DNA of 64,000 nucleotides from the IMG/VR virus record IMGVR_UViG_3300045988_154277, one strand, 5' to 3'. Each line of letters starts with the position of its first letter. Position 1 is the stretch's first letter. Under the pieces are notes generated by a model. It did no database searches. It saw only the letters and a list, made by a program, of their open reading frames with translations, and was not told the origin of the DNA. A program made the translations under genes and the position numbers. The DNA comes from a virus. Shown here piece by piece: positions 46,562 to 57,400 of this stretch.

Positions 46562-46807
46562 CTATCGGATCAGGGAACATATCGTATCTTCGGTGTAGCA
46601 TGTGGATGATCCATTCACATAGATCTCTGTGACCTCATCCACCGAGTCACAGTTCAGAGTTACTTGTTGACGACCGTCATCGGTCGTGATATCGATCTCT
46701 GGGAACTCCACAGGGACGATGTGTCCGTATTCCTCTGTGTCTTTTCCTTTGATCTTGACCGATCTTACACCGTGTTTTGCTAAGAGTTCCAATAAGAATA
46801 CATTCAC
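46562..46807 (-). CDS. Small hypothetical protein (GTG start)
   Basis: AAGGAGG lies 6 nt before the GTG. Confidence 0.35.
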   Translation of the reverse strand: MNVFLLELLAKHGVRSVKIKGKDTEEYGHIVPVEFPEIDITTDDGRQQVTLNCDSVDEVTEIYVNGSSTCYTEDTICSLIR

Positions 46808-46902
46808 GGGAACCTCCTTCAGTTAGTGTTGCGTTACCATACCATACTTTCCTATTATCTGTTATCATTTTGTGAAGAACCGACCGTCTCTGTTACATTG
46901 CA

Positions 46903-47097
46903 CTACAGCGGCACGACAGTTACGTCACCAAGGAGATCCTGTTTTGTAACGGGAGTCTTGGCTAATGTATCCATCGACAACTTGTTCTCAGACATAGCTT
47001 TTGCTATACCTTTAAGAAACACAGTGGTTTGCGGTTTCTGAACGAGAGTTGGAATTGGAAGGGTGATTCCATTTCTAACGATAGTTCTTGTATACAT
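46903..47097 (-). CDS. Small 64-aa protein, tandem paralog 1
   Basis: RBS AAAGGAGGTG. About 50% identical to the 47204..47395 product (for example TPVTKQDLLGD against TPVTAQDLLVN). Confidence 0.5.
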   Translation of the reverse strand: MYTRTIVRNGITLPIPTLVQKPQTTVFLKGIAKAMSENKLSMDTLAKTPVTKQDLLGDVTVVPL

Positions 47098-47203
47098 ACG
47101 GCACCTCCTTTCACCGTCGTTACCTTAGACGGGGTGAAGTTCAACGTAGTGGTATAACAAGACGATCGGCTCTTCTCAAAATCCTGACAGAGTGTATCAC
47201 AGC

Positions 47204-47395
47204 TCAACCGAGTGGTGTGACAATGGCATTCACCAAGAGGTCCTGTGCTGTGACAGGAGTCCTAGCCAATTGATCCATCGTCGTCCGATTTTCTTTTAGA
47301 AGAGTTGCTGTCTTCTTCAAGAATGGTGTGACACGTGATTTCTGAGTAATCAGAGTGGGTACACGCACACGGGTCGAATTTGTATAGTGATTCAT
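47204..47395 (-). CDS. Small 63-aa protein, tandem paralog 2
   Basis: RBS AAAGGAGGTCC. The upstream region is duplicated too. Confidence 0.5.
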   Translation of the reverse strand: MNHYTNSTRVRVPTLITQKSRVTPFLKKTATLLKENRTTMDQLARTPVTAQDLLVNAIVTPLG

Positions 47396-47458
47396 GTTGG
47401 ACCTCCTTTCTCCACCGTTACCTTAGGTGGTGTTGTGTTTAGTGGTTAAGTTGTGATC

Positions 47459-47512
47459 CTCTGTCAGGTACTCATTAAGTAATATATACGTGAAAAACGA
47501 TGAACTACACTG
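47459..47512 (-). promoter_or_regulatory. 54-bp element identical to 61830-61883 (CTCTGTCAGGTACTCATTAAGTAATATATACGTGAAAAACGATGAACTACACTG); candidate late promoter
   Basis: Exact 54-mer repeat. Minus-strand reading: TTTTTCACGTATATATTACTTAATGAG. Confidence 0.45.
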
Positions 47513-47543
47513 AGGGTGCTGACTACGCACCCTCAGTGTAGTT
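47503..47543 (-). terminator. Hairpin AACTACACTGAGGGTGC-tgactac-GCACCCTCAGTGTAGTT (17-bp stem)
   Basis: Covaries with the 61874-61912 hairpin. Confidence 0.5.
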
Positions 47544-47566
47544 GTGTTATTATACAAAAAAGATAG

Positions 47567-47600
47567 TGATAACAGAGATGTCCGGACATCTCTGTTATCA
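47567..47600 (-). terminator. Rho-independent terminator TGATAACAGAGATGTCC-GGACATCTCTGTTATCA with an A/T run
   Basis: Perfect palindrome flanked by AAAAAAGA on the plus strand (a T-run on the minus strand) after the stop at 47615. Confidence 0.6.
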
Positions 47601-47614
47601 CTTAGTGTGTAAGG

Positions 47615-49315
47615 TTACACCATCATCTTCACCGGCATCAGCCTGATCCAGTCATCGGAGGTGCGCACTGCGATGTAGGAGATCAGAACATTCGAACACG
47701 GCTGGAAGAAGATCGTGAACGTACGAGGATCATTCTGCTTGGACTTCACCATGAAGTACTCACAGTGAGAGGACGGTTTTTCCGGACCACCAAGATCCTG
47801 GGGTTCACAGTTGAACCTGAAGTTCGGCAGTAACATACCGTTGAACGGAAGCGTGGTATACACGACGTTCCTGTTCTTCATACGGACAACCGTATATCTG
47901 AGCAACAGGTCGATCATGTTGGTATAGATCTGCATCGCCTCCAGTGCCTGCGGAGTCTTCTCACCATCGTTGTCGGTATGGAGAGACATCTCACGATATC
48001 TTGCGATATCGCGGATCGGGTGCCCATCCACCAAGACATTGCCATAAACAGCGATGTAGTCGTTCAGACCCTCCGGTGTATTGGGATCGCTCAGCTGGAT
48101 ATCGAGGATCGACTTCAAGATCGTGGAACGAGCCACTGTGTTCAGACGATCACGGAACCCAGCCTGGGACCGAAGTTTGTCGACTTTGGCATCCACCGTC
48201 TCTTCCAAGTCCAGATAGGACAGCAGTTCCCTCAGTGAGTTGATCTTGAACGAACTGTCGGACGGATCCACCGTATTGTCATACAAAGCACCATACATGG
48301 CTGCCATGTTGAACTCCAGGATGAAGATCCCTTCCAACCTGTTCTTGAGATTGGCTTTCAGTTCGCCGAGGATGGCTTCCATGTTGCGGATATATGCACA
48401 CTTGGAGTTCGCCGGAGATGCTTTCGCCATCTCTTTCAGCTTCTTGATCACCGCTTCCGATTCTGCTCTGGGAACCTCATAGGCTTGCAACTGGTTGTAG
48501 TTGACCGATATGTACCTCTCTCTGGAGAGACAGTCCCGCATCCCATGGATCGCCGTCTCGACGGCTTCCTTCGGAGATACGAATCCACGATCCGTATCGA
48601 TCGTAGCCATATCGATCTCCTCTTCCGTAGCGGCATCCTTGTACTGGACGATCGTACCATCACCCCAACCGAGGTGAACATCCGTACCCGCACGACCACT
48701 TTCCGTATTGGTGACCAAGACCGGGGGATTGTAGAGTTCGGGAAGGTCCATCTTCTTCGTCCAGGTCTTCAGATCGGTACCTTCCGAAGACGGCTGCGGC
48801 TGTTGTACAGGCTGCTGAGGCGGAGTGACGATCTGTGTGTTCACCGGAGCTGCTTGCGGGGCAGTCGGAGGCGTCACCACACCATTCGGGTTCGCATAGA
48901 ACCCACCCTGATGAGGAACCGGAGCTTGAACCTGCCCAGTGAACAGAGAGGTTGTCTGATATCCGTTGTTCGCCAACATCGGGTTGTACATCTGAGGTTG
49001 TACCACAACGCCGTTGGTATACTGCGGCTGGTACATCGCCTGACGCTGAACCTGAGCGAACCTGGCAAGCATCTGCTGGATGAGATTCGACAGATACTGC
49101 TGGATCTGTTGATCCGTCGGTTCCGTTCCAAGGGGGAACTTGTTGAAGATAAGGTTGACGAACTCACCGAAGTGCTGGTTGAACTCGTTCACCAGATACG
49201 GCTGGACGTTGGGCAGGATCTGCCCATTGGCGACGAAGGTCTGCAGCATGTTGTTGAACAGAGCATTCACCCTGTTCGAGAACATCGCTGTCGGCGTGTA
49301 GCTAATATTAGCCAT
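47615..49315 (-). CDS. Hypothetical Gln/Pro-rich protein (start moved to MANISY)
   Basis: AGGAGAAAACATT before the internal ATG. Q/P-rich low-complexity middle segment. Confidence 0.45.
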   Translation of the reverse strand: MANISYTPTAMFSNRVNALFNNMLQTFVANGQILPNVQPYLVNEFNQHFGEFVNLIFNKFPLGTEPTDQQIQQYLSNLIQQMLARFAQVQRQAMYQPQYTNGVVVQPQMYNPMLANNGYQTTSLFTGQVQAPVPHQGGFYANPNGVVTPPTAPQAAPVNTQIVTPPQQPVQQPQPSSEGTDLKTWTKKMDLPELYNPPVLVTNTESGRAGTDVHLGWGDGTIVQYKDAATEEEIDMATIDTDRGFVSPKEAVETAIHGMRDCLSRERYISVNYNQLQAYEVPRAESEAVIKKLKEMAKASPANSKCAYIRNMEAILGELKANLKNRLEGIFILEFNMAAMYGALYDNTVDPSDSSFKINSLRELLSYLDLEETVDAKVDKLRSQAGFRDRLNTVARSTILKSILDIQLSDPNTPEGLNDYIAVYGNVLVDGHPIRDIARYREMSLHTDNDGEKTPQALEAMQIYTNMIDLLLRYTVVRMKNRNVVYTTLPFNGMLLPNFRFNCEPQDLGGPEKPSSHCEYFMVKSKQNDPRTFTIFFQPCSNVLISYIAVRTSDDWIRLMPVKMMV

Positions 49316-49856
49316 AATGTTTTCTCCTATGCATAGATTACTTAAGTGACCAGTTGGACGACTGACCACGGGTCATTAGTCGAATACGTGCGAGATTTCT
49401 TTATACCAGGACGGTATGATAAAGAAACCTGTCTCCATGTCGACTTGGATCATTGGGTTGATCTCACCGGATACAACTGGTGCGGATGGCCTAATGTTGT
49501 TGTTATCATAGCGTTTGCTCGTTAGACAAACTATTCTCTACGTTTCCGTAGATGTTCGGACTATCTTTCAATCCTTATGACTAAGGACAACCGGTCTTTG
49601 GAACACACTTGTGTTCTACTCAGCGTTTCAGCATGATAGTCTCTGATCCTTCTTCCTGGTAACAGGAAGCTTGGAAGCTGATATCCCATTATTACTTCAT
49701 AAGAAGTCTGATCCTTAGCACCATGTGGATACATGGCTTTTATTTCAGCATAGATCATATCAATCATTCTTTCTGCTTTCGCGACTATCACGTTCATCCT
49801 TACGGATCCCGTTGTAGTTGATTGATCTCTTAGGGTATCCCAGCCGTTAACACGGT

Positions 49857-51347
49857 TTATGCAGCCACAGTGTTACCACTATAGCGCCCCCATACACACC
49901 AGTCATGTGTGAGAGGTAGAGCCAAGATACTTTCAACCACCAACTGAGACGGGTGTGCCTTGAGGAGTGCGACAGGCATATTCCGTCCACCTGTTGTCGA
50001 TTTGGTTTCTGTATTCTCCAGTGAGCGAAATCTCTTCGTGAGTACAGTCAGAAGACTATTGTCGTTGCAAATCGTTGGATTCGCACGGAACACGGAGTTC
50101 GCCATCATCCAGCTCTCTCCTTGAGAAGCTGTGGTGACGAATCGTTTCACCGTATCCGGTGTCAATCCTTCGTTCTTCGCATTGATCACTCCGAAAAGCT
50201 TCGTATTGATTGACGACACCAATGGTGCCATCAACTGACTCAACGAACCGATCTTCTTAGAGAACAAGTTCGTCGGTTCGTAACTGACGATCCACCGATC
50301 GATGTTGTAGAACACCTCTCGGAGAAGTTCGTAGATGCCGTTGACTTGGATGCCGATCGTAGCCAACTGATACTGTGCCGGTGGGTCCAGCAAAGTCGCA
50401 GTGGTCTCAAGATGCTTCTCTGCATTGTCGTAGAGCAGCTGAGCATTCGTAGTACTCGGATAGGTGTATTTGCCTAGCACGGTCTTGTAATAGACCGGGT
50501 GGGTCGCTATCAAATCACGTAATCCGAATCTCGTATACTCAGTGAGACACATCAGGTAAGATGCGATCACCCTTCTCTTGAAGAGATCGTCAAGACAGGA
50601 GTTGTGAACCTTAAGGTAGATATCTTCTCTGATCTCGATGTGAGAGTACTCGTTCGACTCTTCCATCTTCGGTACCAAGGAGATCTCTCCAGGCTGAAAC
50701 CCATAATACTGCATCGTCTTATCGAACGATAGTTCGACCAGATGATACAGGATGATTGGGGTAACACCAGCCTTCTTCCCGCGTCCTCTCTTTCCTTGAT
50801 GGATCTTCACTGTGGGTACGATCTCACGACATACTCTGCCGTCAGTCGTTGTGAAGACGAACTGCTCTGATCTTCTGAAAGTCAATGGTGCACGCATGAC
50901 TTTAATGATCAGACCATCTTGGATACGATGAAGACCGCCGCGCTCTACGATGGCGAACATCGGGAAATATTGCGTGTCGGATAGGATCACCGCTCCATGA
51001 TCCAGATAAGGGATACTGATGTGCAGTGGGTATTGCACATTTTCGAACTCGAAGATGAACTTCAACTGTTCGAATGAACTCTTCTGGATTTGGATCTTCT
51101 TCTTCAGGATCGTGTTGTTACGGATATACTCGATACGCTCGTCAGGAGTTAACCGTTGATACCCAATATAACGTAATCGACCTTTGAAAAGCTTTACTGA
51201 TTCTTGGAACATCACATCGAGATAATCAGGTATCTTCTTAATACTGTTCTCTCTGAAGTGAAGGAGGAAGTCGTCGTTGAAATCCGGGAGCAGATCACTT
51301 GCTCCGATCAGGACATTCCTCAGTACTGGATTGAAATGTTCATCCAC
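49857..51347 (-). CDS. Hypothetical protein (496 aa)
   Basis: ORF co-directional with the 51376.. gene. Confidence 0.45.
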   Translation of the reverse strand: MDEHFNPVLRNVLIGASDLLPDFNDDFLLHFRENSIKKIPDYLDVMFQESVKLFKGRLRYIGYQRLTPDERIEYIRNNTILKKKIQIQKSSFEQLKFIFEFENVQYPLHISIPYLDHGAVILSDTQYFPMFAIVERGGLHRIQDGLIIKVMRAPLTFRRSEQFVFTTTDGRVCREIVPTVKIHQGKRGRGKKAGVTPIILYHLVELSFDKTMQYYGFQPGEISLVPKMEESNEYSHIEIREDIYLKVHNSCLDDLFKRRVIASYLMCLTEYTRFGLRDLIATHPVYYKTVLGKYTYPSTTNAQLLYDNAEKHLETTATLLDPPAQYQLATIGIQVNGIYELLREVFYNIDRWIVSYEPTNLFSKKIGSLSQLMAPLVSSINTKLFGVINAKNEGLTPDTVKRFVTTASQGESWMMANSVFRANPTICNDNSLLTVLTKRFRSLENTETKSTTGGRNMPVALLKAHPSQLVVESILALPLTHDWCVWGRYSGNTVAA

Positions 51348-51375
51348 TTATGCACTCCTCTCTTATGTGTTGTTG

Positions 51376-52560
51376 CTACTTTGCCCCAGTCTTCATTTTG
51401 ACATAAGCTTCCAACAACTTCACGATGCCCCCGATCACTACGGGGACAGAAGCTGCTACTGCTACATGCCACAACTTGATCTGGGACTCCGCTACCTTAT
51501 TGTCTGATATCGTGACGTTGTTGTCCGATATCTTAGACTTCGTTTCAGTCTCTTTGCGTCTGGCGTTGATATCGCCAAGATCCGCTTGCGTCTTATGGTC
51601 TCCGATGATCGTGTTATATTGATCTCGATATCGATCACGTTCTGCAGTTGTCTGCTCTAGCGTGATCTTCAACTTATCACGCTCTACCTTAAGACCCTCG
51701 ATCGTCACTTTATTACGATCTTCGATTTCAGCGGTTACTTGTTTCTCTCGGTTCTTGAGATCTTGTTCTGTGATCTTACGATACTCACGCTTAAATCGTT
51801 GTGCTTCTCTTCTTGATGTTGCGATGGCTAGATTCAGATTGGAATGTAGTTCGATCACATCGACTGGTTCCTTCGGATCTAACATCGCTTCCAACGATTC
51901 TGTATACGTCATCACTTCACCACCTAACGTCATAGTGGTATAGATCGCACATTGATTGGTGATATCGAGTTGATGAGTGATCGGGATCTCAAAGATCTCA
52001 TCGAACATCACACCATACATCACATCTGTGTTCAGTTTCCGGAACGGATCGTTCACTACGAATTGAACCGTAGGACGATCCTCACGGGTTGCACTGATCT
52101 CACTTTCCGCATTGTTCAGCAGTTGGGCGTAGTTCATGCTGCTATACGGGTGGCTCACAAGATCCGCTCGATCACGGAGACAGATCACCACATTCAGTTC
52201 CTGGATGTAGACTTGGAACTCATTGATCAACAGATTCATCGGGATCGAGATCACGTAGCCTTTCATCAAGACCTGAGTACCATCGTCTTTGATGGATTTA
52301 CCAACAACAGAACGGACGGTGATCGTCACCTGCTGACGTCCGAAGAAGTGCATGTTGCCAGAACACTCCGGAGGCAGGTCAGTTCTCTTCCCACTGAAAT
52401 CAATCACACAGAGATTGGTCGTGCTCGTATTCGAATACGAGATCTCCGTGTAATAGTGGGTTCTAGTCGAAGTTAGCGAGCCCAACGCATCCGCTTGTTC
52501 GACCTTGTAGGGGTTGTCGTTGTACATGGATGATATCCTTTGGTTGATTTGATTGAACAT
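51376..52560 (-). CDS. Hypothetical coiled-coil protein with a C-terminal TM anchor (start approximate)
   Basis: C-terminal VAVAASVPVVIGGIVKLL. The longest ORF runs into the TATATAT box, so the true start is probably an internal Met. Confidence 0.4.
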   Translation of the reverse strand: MFNQINQRISSMYNDNPYKVEQADALGSLTSTRTHYYTEISYSNTSTTNLCVIDFSGKRTDLPPECSGNMHFFGRQQVTITVRSVVGKSIKDDGTQVLMKGYVISIPMNLLINEFQVYIQELNVVICLRDRADLVSHPYSSMNYAQLLNNAESEISATREDRPTVQFVVNDPFRKLNTDVMYGVMFDEIFEIPITHQLDITNQCAIYTTMTLGGEVMTYTESLEAMLDPKEPVDVIELHSNLNLAIATSRREAQRFKREYRKITEQDLKNREKQVTAEIEDRNKVTIEGLKVERDKLKITLEQTTAERDRYRDQYNTIIGDHKTQADLGDINARRKETETKSKISDNNVTISDNKVAESQIKLWHVAVAASVPVVIGGIVKLLEAYVKMKTGAK

Positions 52561-52569
52561 ACTTTCTAG

Positions 52570-52588
52570 TAGTAATATATACGTGAAA
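52570..52588 (-). promoter_or_regulatory. TATATAT box copy (AGTAATATATACGTGAAAG)
   Basis: Same core as at 39823, 47459 and 61830, immediately 5' of the 51376.. gene. Confidence 0.4.
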
Positions 52589-52657
52589 GTTGGTTCAGCG
52601 AATATCAACCGAACGAAGGACCCATGTATTCCATTGTCTTGAAGATTAGAAATATAT

Positions 52658-52693
52658 TGATCACTACGTGTAGTTAACTACACGTAGTGATCA
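52658..52693 (-). terminator. Hairpin TGATCACTACGTGTAGT-ta-ACTACACGTAGTGATCA
   Basis: 17-bp perfect palindrome after the stop at 52699. Confidence 0.55.
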
Positions 52694-52698
52694 TCACG

Positions 52699-54456
52699 TT
52701 AACGTAAGACCCATCTGGCTTCATCGATCGCTTTGGTGATATCCGAGTCGAATCGCCATTTGGTTCCAGTGTTGTCACCGAACGATTTCCCGTTGTTGAA
52801 GATCTGTTCGGCAGCTCTAGAGAGTTTCCGATAAGAGCTCCTACCGGAATTATACGAGTTCGAAGATCCATTCTTCGAGAAGACGACTTCTCCTACATCC
52901 TTCAATGCATCCAACTGTCGATAGGTCTCATCATCCAAGACTTCCTTAGCGATACGATCTCCGACATTCGTCAGTTTGTTGAAGAGTTTAGAGTCAGTTG
53001 CTTCATTCATCAACTTTGATACATTATCCACGATGGATCGATCAACACCCAATGCTTCTGCAACATCCCCAACGGTGGATTTCACAGCCTTACAACCGTA
53101 GGATGCGCCTTTGGACAAGATGCCACCAACATTGATCCCAAGGTCATCGATGAGATCCGTGTAATTGCTGAGGTTGTACGGGTTGTTGATCACATTCTCA
53201 GCCATACTGATGATGTCGGATGAGAAGATCCCTTTGTCCTTGGAGAAGTTATCCAAGAGTTTACCGAAGGTGGATACATCTCCGGCATTCTTGGCAACAT
53301 CCAGACCTTTGGTGATGATACCATCGACCAAAGAACTAGTATCAGAGAGGTTGATACCTCCAACACTTTCCAGGACATCACCACCGACACTTTTCGCGAA
53401 GCTGGTAGCAGCACTGGTGATGTTGCTGAGATCGAAAGACCCATTGTTCGATATCGCATCGACAACAGAGCCACCGACACTATCGAGAACTTTATCCGTG
53501 ATACCTTCAAACGTACCACCGGTGATGTCACTGAAGATACTGCTAGCAGTTGTCTCACCGAGGATCGAAGTCATCGAGTTAGAACCGAGCTGCATCCCGT
53601 TGATGCTGGATGCTAGAGTGGAAGTCAGACCAGAGCTTCCACTTAAAGCACCGGTGATCAAACTGGCAGTACCCGATCCACCGAGAAGACCTCCCGTGTA
53701 TCCAGATACCACATTACCAACCAGATCACTTCCGATCGAAGAGAGACTCGGCGTCTCACCTTGGATGATCCCCAACCCAGCATCGGCTACGGTACCAACA
53801 ACAGAAGATGCGATCGTTGGAGGAACCACACCCCCTGTCATAGCAGAGACATACATCCCAGCACCGGATACAGCAAGGTCTCCTAACCCACTGTTCAGAA
53901 GACCTTCTGCACCGCTAGCCAGAGATGATAAATCCCCACTCAGAAGACCGCTAGCTCCACTTGTCAGAGAAGAGAGACCACCTCCCATAGCAGAGCTCAA
54001 TCCACCAGTCAAGGAGGAGAGCCCACTACCACCCAACGCAGATGCTAAACCTCCACCCAGAAGGTCTTTACCTTCGTTGAATAACCCTTGTGTCAATGAG
54101 TTAGCTGTGAGTTCTCCGGTTAAACCACCCAGCAGATCAGAAGACAACGGGTTCGTCACTGCACTTGGCATGATCGATGTCAAGGCAGGTGCAGTGAACC
54201 CAGTTACAAACATATCCTGTGCATGAGACATCATGTCCGTGGCGTAGCTCTGCATCGCAGACAGGTCCAAGTTCGCGATGTCGAGAGCGATCCCACCACG
54301 GACGGTATCGAGAAGACCACGTACATTCGTCGCAGCTTGTAACTGCGACATCATGTTGTTGGCACTCTCGTTGATGATGTCCATTGGATTAAACGGAGCG
54401 ATCTTAAACAACCCACTAAGGTCGAGCGGACTGACTCCGGTTAAATCTGTCAACAT
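52699..54456 (-). CDS. Gly/Ser/Leu-rich low-complexity virion protein (tape-measure- or ejection-protein-like)
   Basis: Repetitive GGLSS/SGLxG segments. RBS AAGGAGAG overlapping the stop of the giant upstream gene. Confidence 0.45.
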   Translation of the reverse strand: MLTDLTGVSPLDLSGLFKIAPFNPMDIINESANNMMSQLQAATNVRGLLDTVRGGIALDIANLDLSAMQSYATDMMSHAQDMFVTGFTAPALTSIMPSAVTNPLSSDLLGGLTGELTANSLTQGLFNEGKDLLGGGLASALGGSGLSSLTGGLSSAMGGGLSSLTSGASGLLSGDLSSLASGAEGLLNSGLGDLAVSGAGMYVSAMTGGVVPPTIASSVVGTVADAGLGIIQGETPSLSSIGSDLVGNVVSGYTGGLLGGSGTASLITGALSGSSGLTSTLASSINGMQLGSNSMTSILGETTASSIFSDITGGTFEGITDKVLDSVGGSVVDAISNNGSFDLSNITSAATSFAKSVGGDVLESVGGINLSDTSSLVDGIITKGLDVAKNAGDVSTFGKLLDNFSKDKGIFSSDIISMAENVINNPYNLSNYTDLIDDLGINVGGILSKGASYGCKAVKSTVGDVAEALGVDRSIVDNVSKLMNEATDSKLFNKLTNVGDRIAKEVLDDETYRQLDALKDVGEVVFSKNGSSNSYNSGRSSYRKLSRAAEQIFNNGKSFGDNTGTKWRFDSDITKAIDEARWVLR

Positions 54457-54469
54457 AATCAGACTCTCC

Positions 54470-57400
54470 TTAGAGGTTGGTATCGAGCATCATCGATTGA
54501 AGGAGTTTACTTCCCACTACAGATGCTCGAGTACGACTATTCGGATCGATCGTATCCAGATCAGCTTCTCCGTTCTCTTCCAACATCCTGCGGAACTCGC
54601 TATACCCGTGGATGTTACCACCACGGATGTTCACCAATTCCTGCATCGTCTTGCTGAGTCCACGAGCAGCGAGGATCTGGATCTCCGGGTTCGTGATGGA
54701 ACAAGCGCGACTGTCACCAGTAACTTGCCCAGTCAACCCATCGATCGTCCGATCATTATCCGGAACTGAAATCTTCTCATCCAAGAACTGTTGTTGTCTT
54801 CGGATGGGGAGTTTCACGAACATATACTTGTTGTCGGTCAGATACTTACGACCAGTTGCACGGTCATACATCCAAACACGTTGGAAGAGATCCAACCCGA
54901 TCATATCACAAGCTTTCAGAAGATCTTCGTTCTGCAAGTTCACGATCATGTTGGGAGCGACGATGTGGAGCTGCCACTTGCCTTCCTTCATGTAGTTCAT
55001 GAACTGATCAAACTCTTTGTCATTCATCTGTCCTATGATCTGACGATACCGTTTGGAGTTCAGTCCGGACGGTTCCATCGTATCACAGAGCTTACAGATG
55101 TAGTCCAAGATCTCCTTCTTTTTCTGAGCGATCTTGGATGATGCGGTTGATGCTTCCATAGAAGAACCTAATTGTTCTGTTGACGATTGAGACTCCGAAT
55201 CAAAAGAAGTACATTCCAATGATTCGACAGCTGGTCCGAACTGTTTTACCATACTTGGATCAAACTTAGTTTCCCAAGTCACAGTGATCTTCTGTTTCGA
55301 AGTGTACTTCAATGGTTCATCATCCACATATCGACACTCACGTTTCGTATCTCCACCACCAAACGTTTTTAACTTAGACTTTACATCATCAGTCAGTTTG
55401 ATAGAGTAAAGATACCCAGTGGATTCACCATGTGTTTCTTTAAACGTCTTTGCGTTGTGATACACAGTGATGTGTTTTGGAATTGTATTAAGTTTGGAGA
55501 CGTCTTGTTTCCAAACATCATAACTCCAATGAATAGAACGATAACCGTGGTTCTCTTCTCCATACAAATCTTGTTTGTTTATGATGAAGATAGAAGCGAT
55601 CCCTTTCAGAGGAGAAAGGAAGATTGACTTCTTATATTGAGAAGCTCGTCCATAACCTTTCAGTTCTGTCAGATCGTTTGGAGATCCATGATAGAGTTCA
55701 TCACCCCATGTTTTCATCTGAGCAGAAGTTAGCTTTTCAGCTGACATCTTCAGCACATCAGTCTTCAAGACCATCAAGTACATCTTCTCTCTAGTTTCTA
55801 CAATCTTGAATCCCATAGACTCATACAGATGACACACCTTCTGGTTCGTCTTGTACGCACAGATGTAGATCTCAGTTGTGATTGGGTTGTGTTTCAGCAC
55901 ATATTGAATCGTAGCAGATACACTCTGCTTACCATAGCCCTTTCCCTGATACTTGGGGAAGATACCGAGATTAAACAAATCCACGGTGTTGTCTTTATAG
56001 AACATCACACCGATCGATCCGATCACCTCTGATCCATGCATCAACAAGAAGAACTGACGTCCTTTCTTCAGATCAGCTTTGACATCACTCGGAGTCCATT
56101 TCTTATAGTCATCTGGATCGTCGTCAATCAGATCAGCTGTATCTGTCACATACTTGACTTCTACCTGATTGGATAGATCCAGTTCCTTCAAAGTAATGGA
56201 ACTAGCTGGTAACGTCAGAGATTCAAGACTTATAGGTAACACTTCCATAGACACATGGACAACATCGCCTTCCAATTCCAGACTGGCTAAAGACTTAGAC
56301 ATCCTTTTTGGTTTCGGGGCTTTCCCTCCAGTCAGTTTTGGATTATGAACGTATTGTACATCCACATTGGTGTAAGTATTTGGTTGTATCCCATTAATAC
56401 TCAAATGATTTGGATCACCAGTGTATCTTAGGATAGTCTTCTTGTCTGATACTGTTTCCGAAAGAAAGTCTTGTGTACAGCGGTTTGTTGGAACTTTGTA
56501 AACATCGACCGACACAGTCTGCGTTGGCTTACAACGATATCTCCAATTAGGTTTTCCAATATCGTTGTATTCAACGATGATCAGAGAGTTGTGAAGATTG
56601 ACCTGTTTTGGTATAATGTTAAACAGAACAGTTCCACGTTTCATATTCCAAGTTGCAGTTTTAGCACCAAGCGCAACAGCATAATTGCTATCTGCACACA
56701 CTAGAATTCTATTCCCTACCTTAGGAAGATCCGTTCCACCTGCTGGAATACCAACGTAAACAGGTTTCCCCTTAACGTCAACCACTTCAACTTCGCCAGC
56801 CTGGACATTAGCTGCCTTTTCCTCTGACACCACGCAATCCTCAGGGATATCCAACGACTCAAAACCACGGAAGAACGCTTTCACGTTCTCACGTTCTTTC
56901 TTATCAACGATCTGATCGAACTGGTCTCCGGACCACTGCATGATATCCTCCATACGGGTTGAGAGGTTCGCTTCCTTGCCGGTATCAAGAACCAGACTGA
57001 TGATTTCACAATCTGTATCCTGACCGATACGGTGCACACGGTCAGATGCCTGCTGATACTCGATCGATCTCCAAGGTTTGTTCAGGAAAATCACTGTGTT
57101 GGCAGCCGTCAAGGTTGCTCCAGTACTCAACATCTTCAAAGATGCGATCAATGGATTCAACGACTGATCCTCTTGGAACCGTTTTACCGTGTTAGTCAGT
57201 TCAGAAGCTGTTTTACCGTATACAGCAAGTGGAGAATACCCTTCCTTCTGGAAGTAGTTATAAGCCAACTCGATCGTATCCACATAAGACGTGAATACAA
57301 CAGTCTTCTTCATGGCATCATCCACATACTGCTTCAGATCAGCAGCTTGCATCATCTCAGAGGTCATCTGCATACGGAGATGTGTCAATAAGGTACCGAT

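Noticed and set aside
49561-49797. 78-aa ORF in the long intergenic gap
   Set aside because: Only a marginal AAGG sits directly next to the start, and there are no paralogs. It is kept as a possibility in the findings rather than as a feature.
49316-49856. tRNA or other structured RNA gene
   Set aside because: I could not find a cloverleaf with a GTTCGANTC T-loop and matching acceptor stem by eye. It needs tRNAscan or Infernal to exclude.
53165-54226. 353-aa + strand ORF inside the Gly/Ser-rich gene
   Set aside because: The Pro/Leu-rich translation is the reverse-frame image of a G/S-repeat gene and has no RBS.
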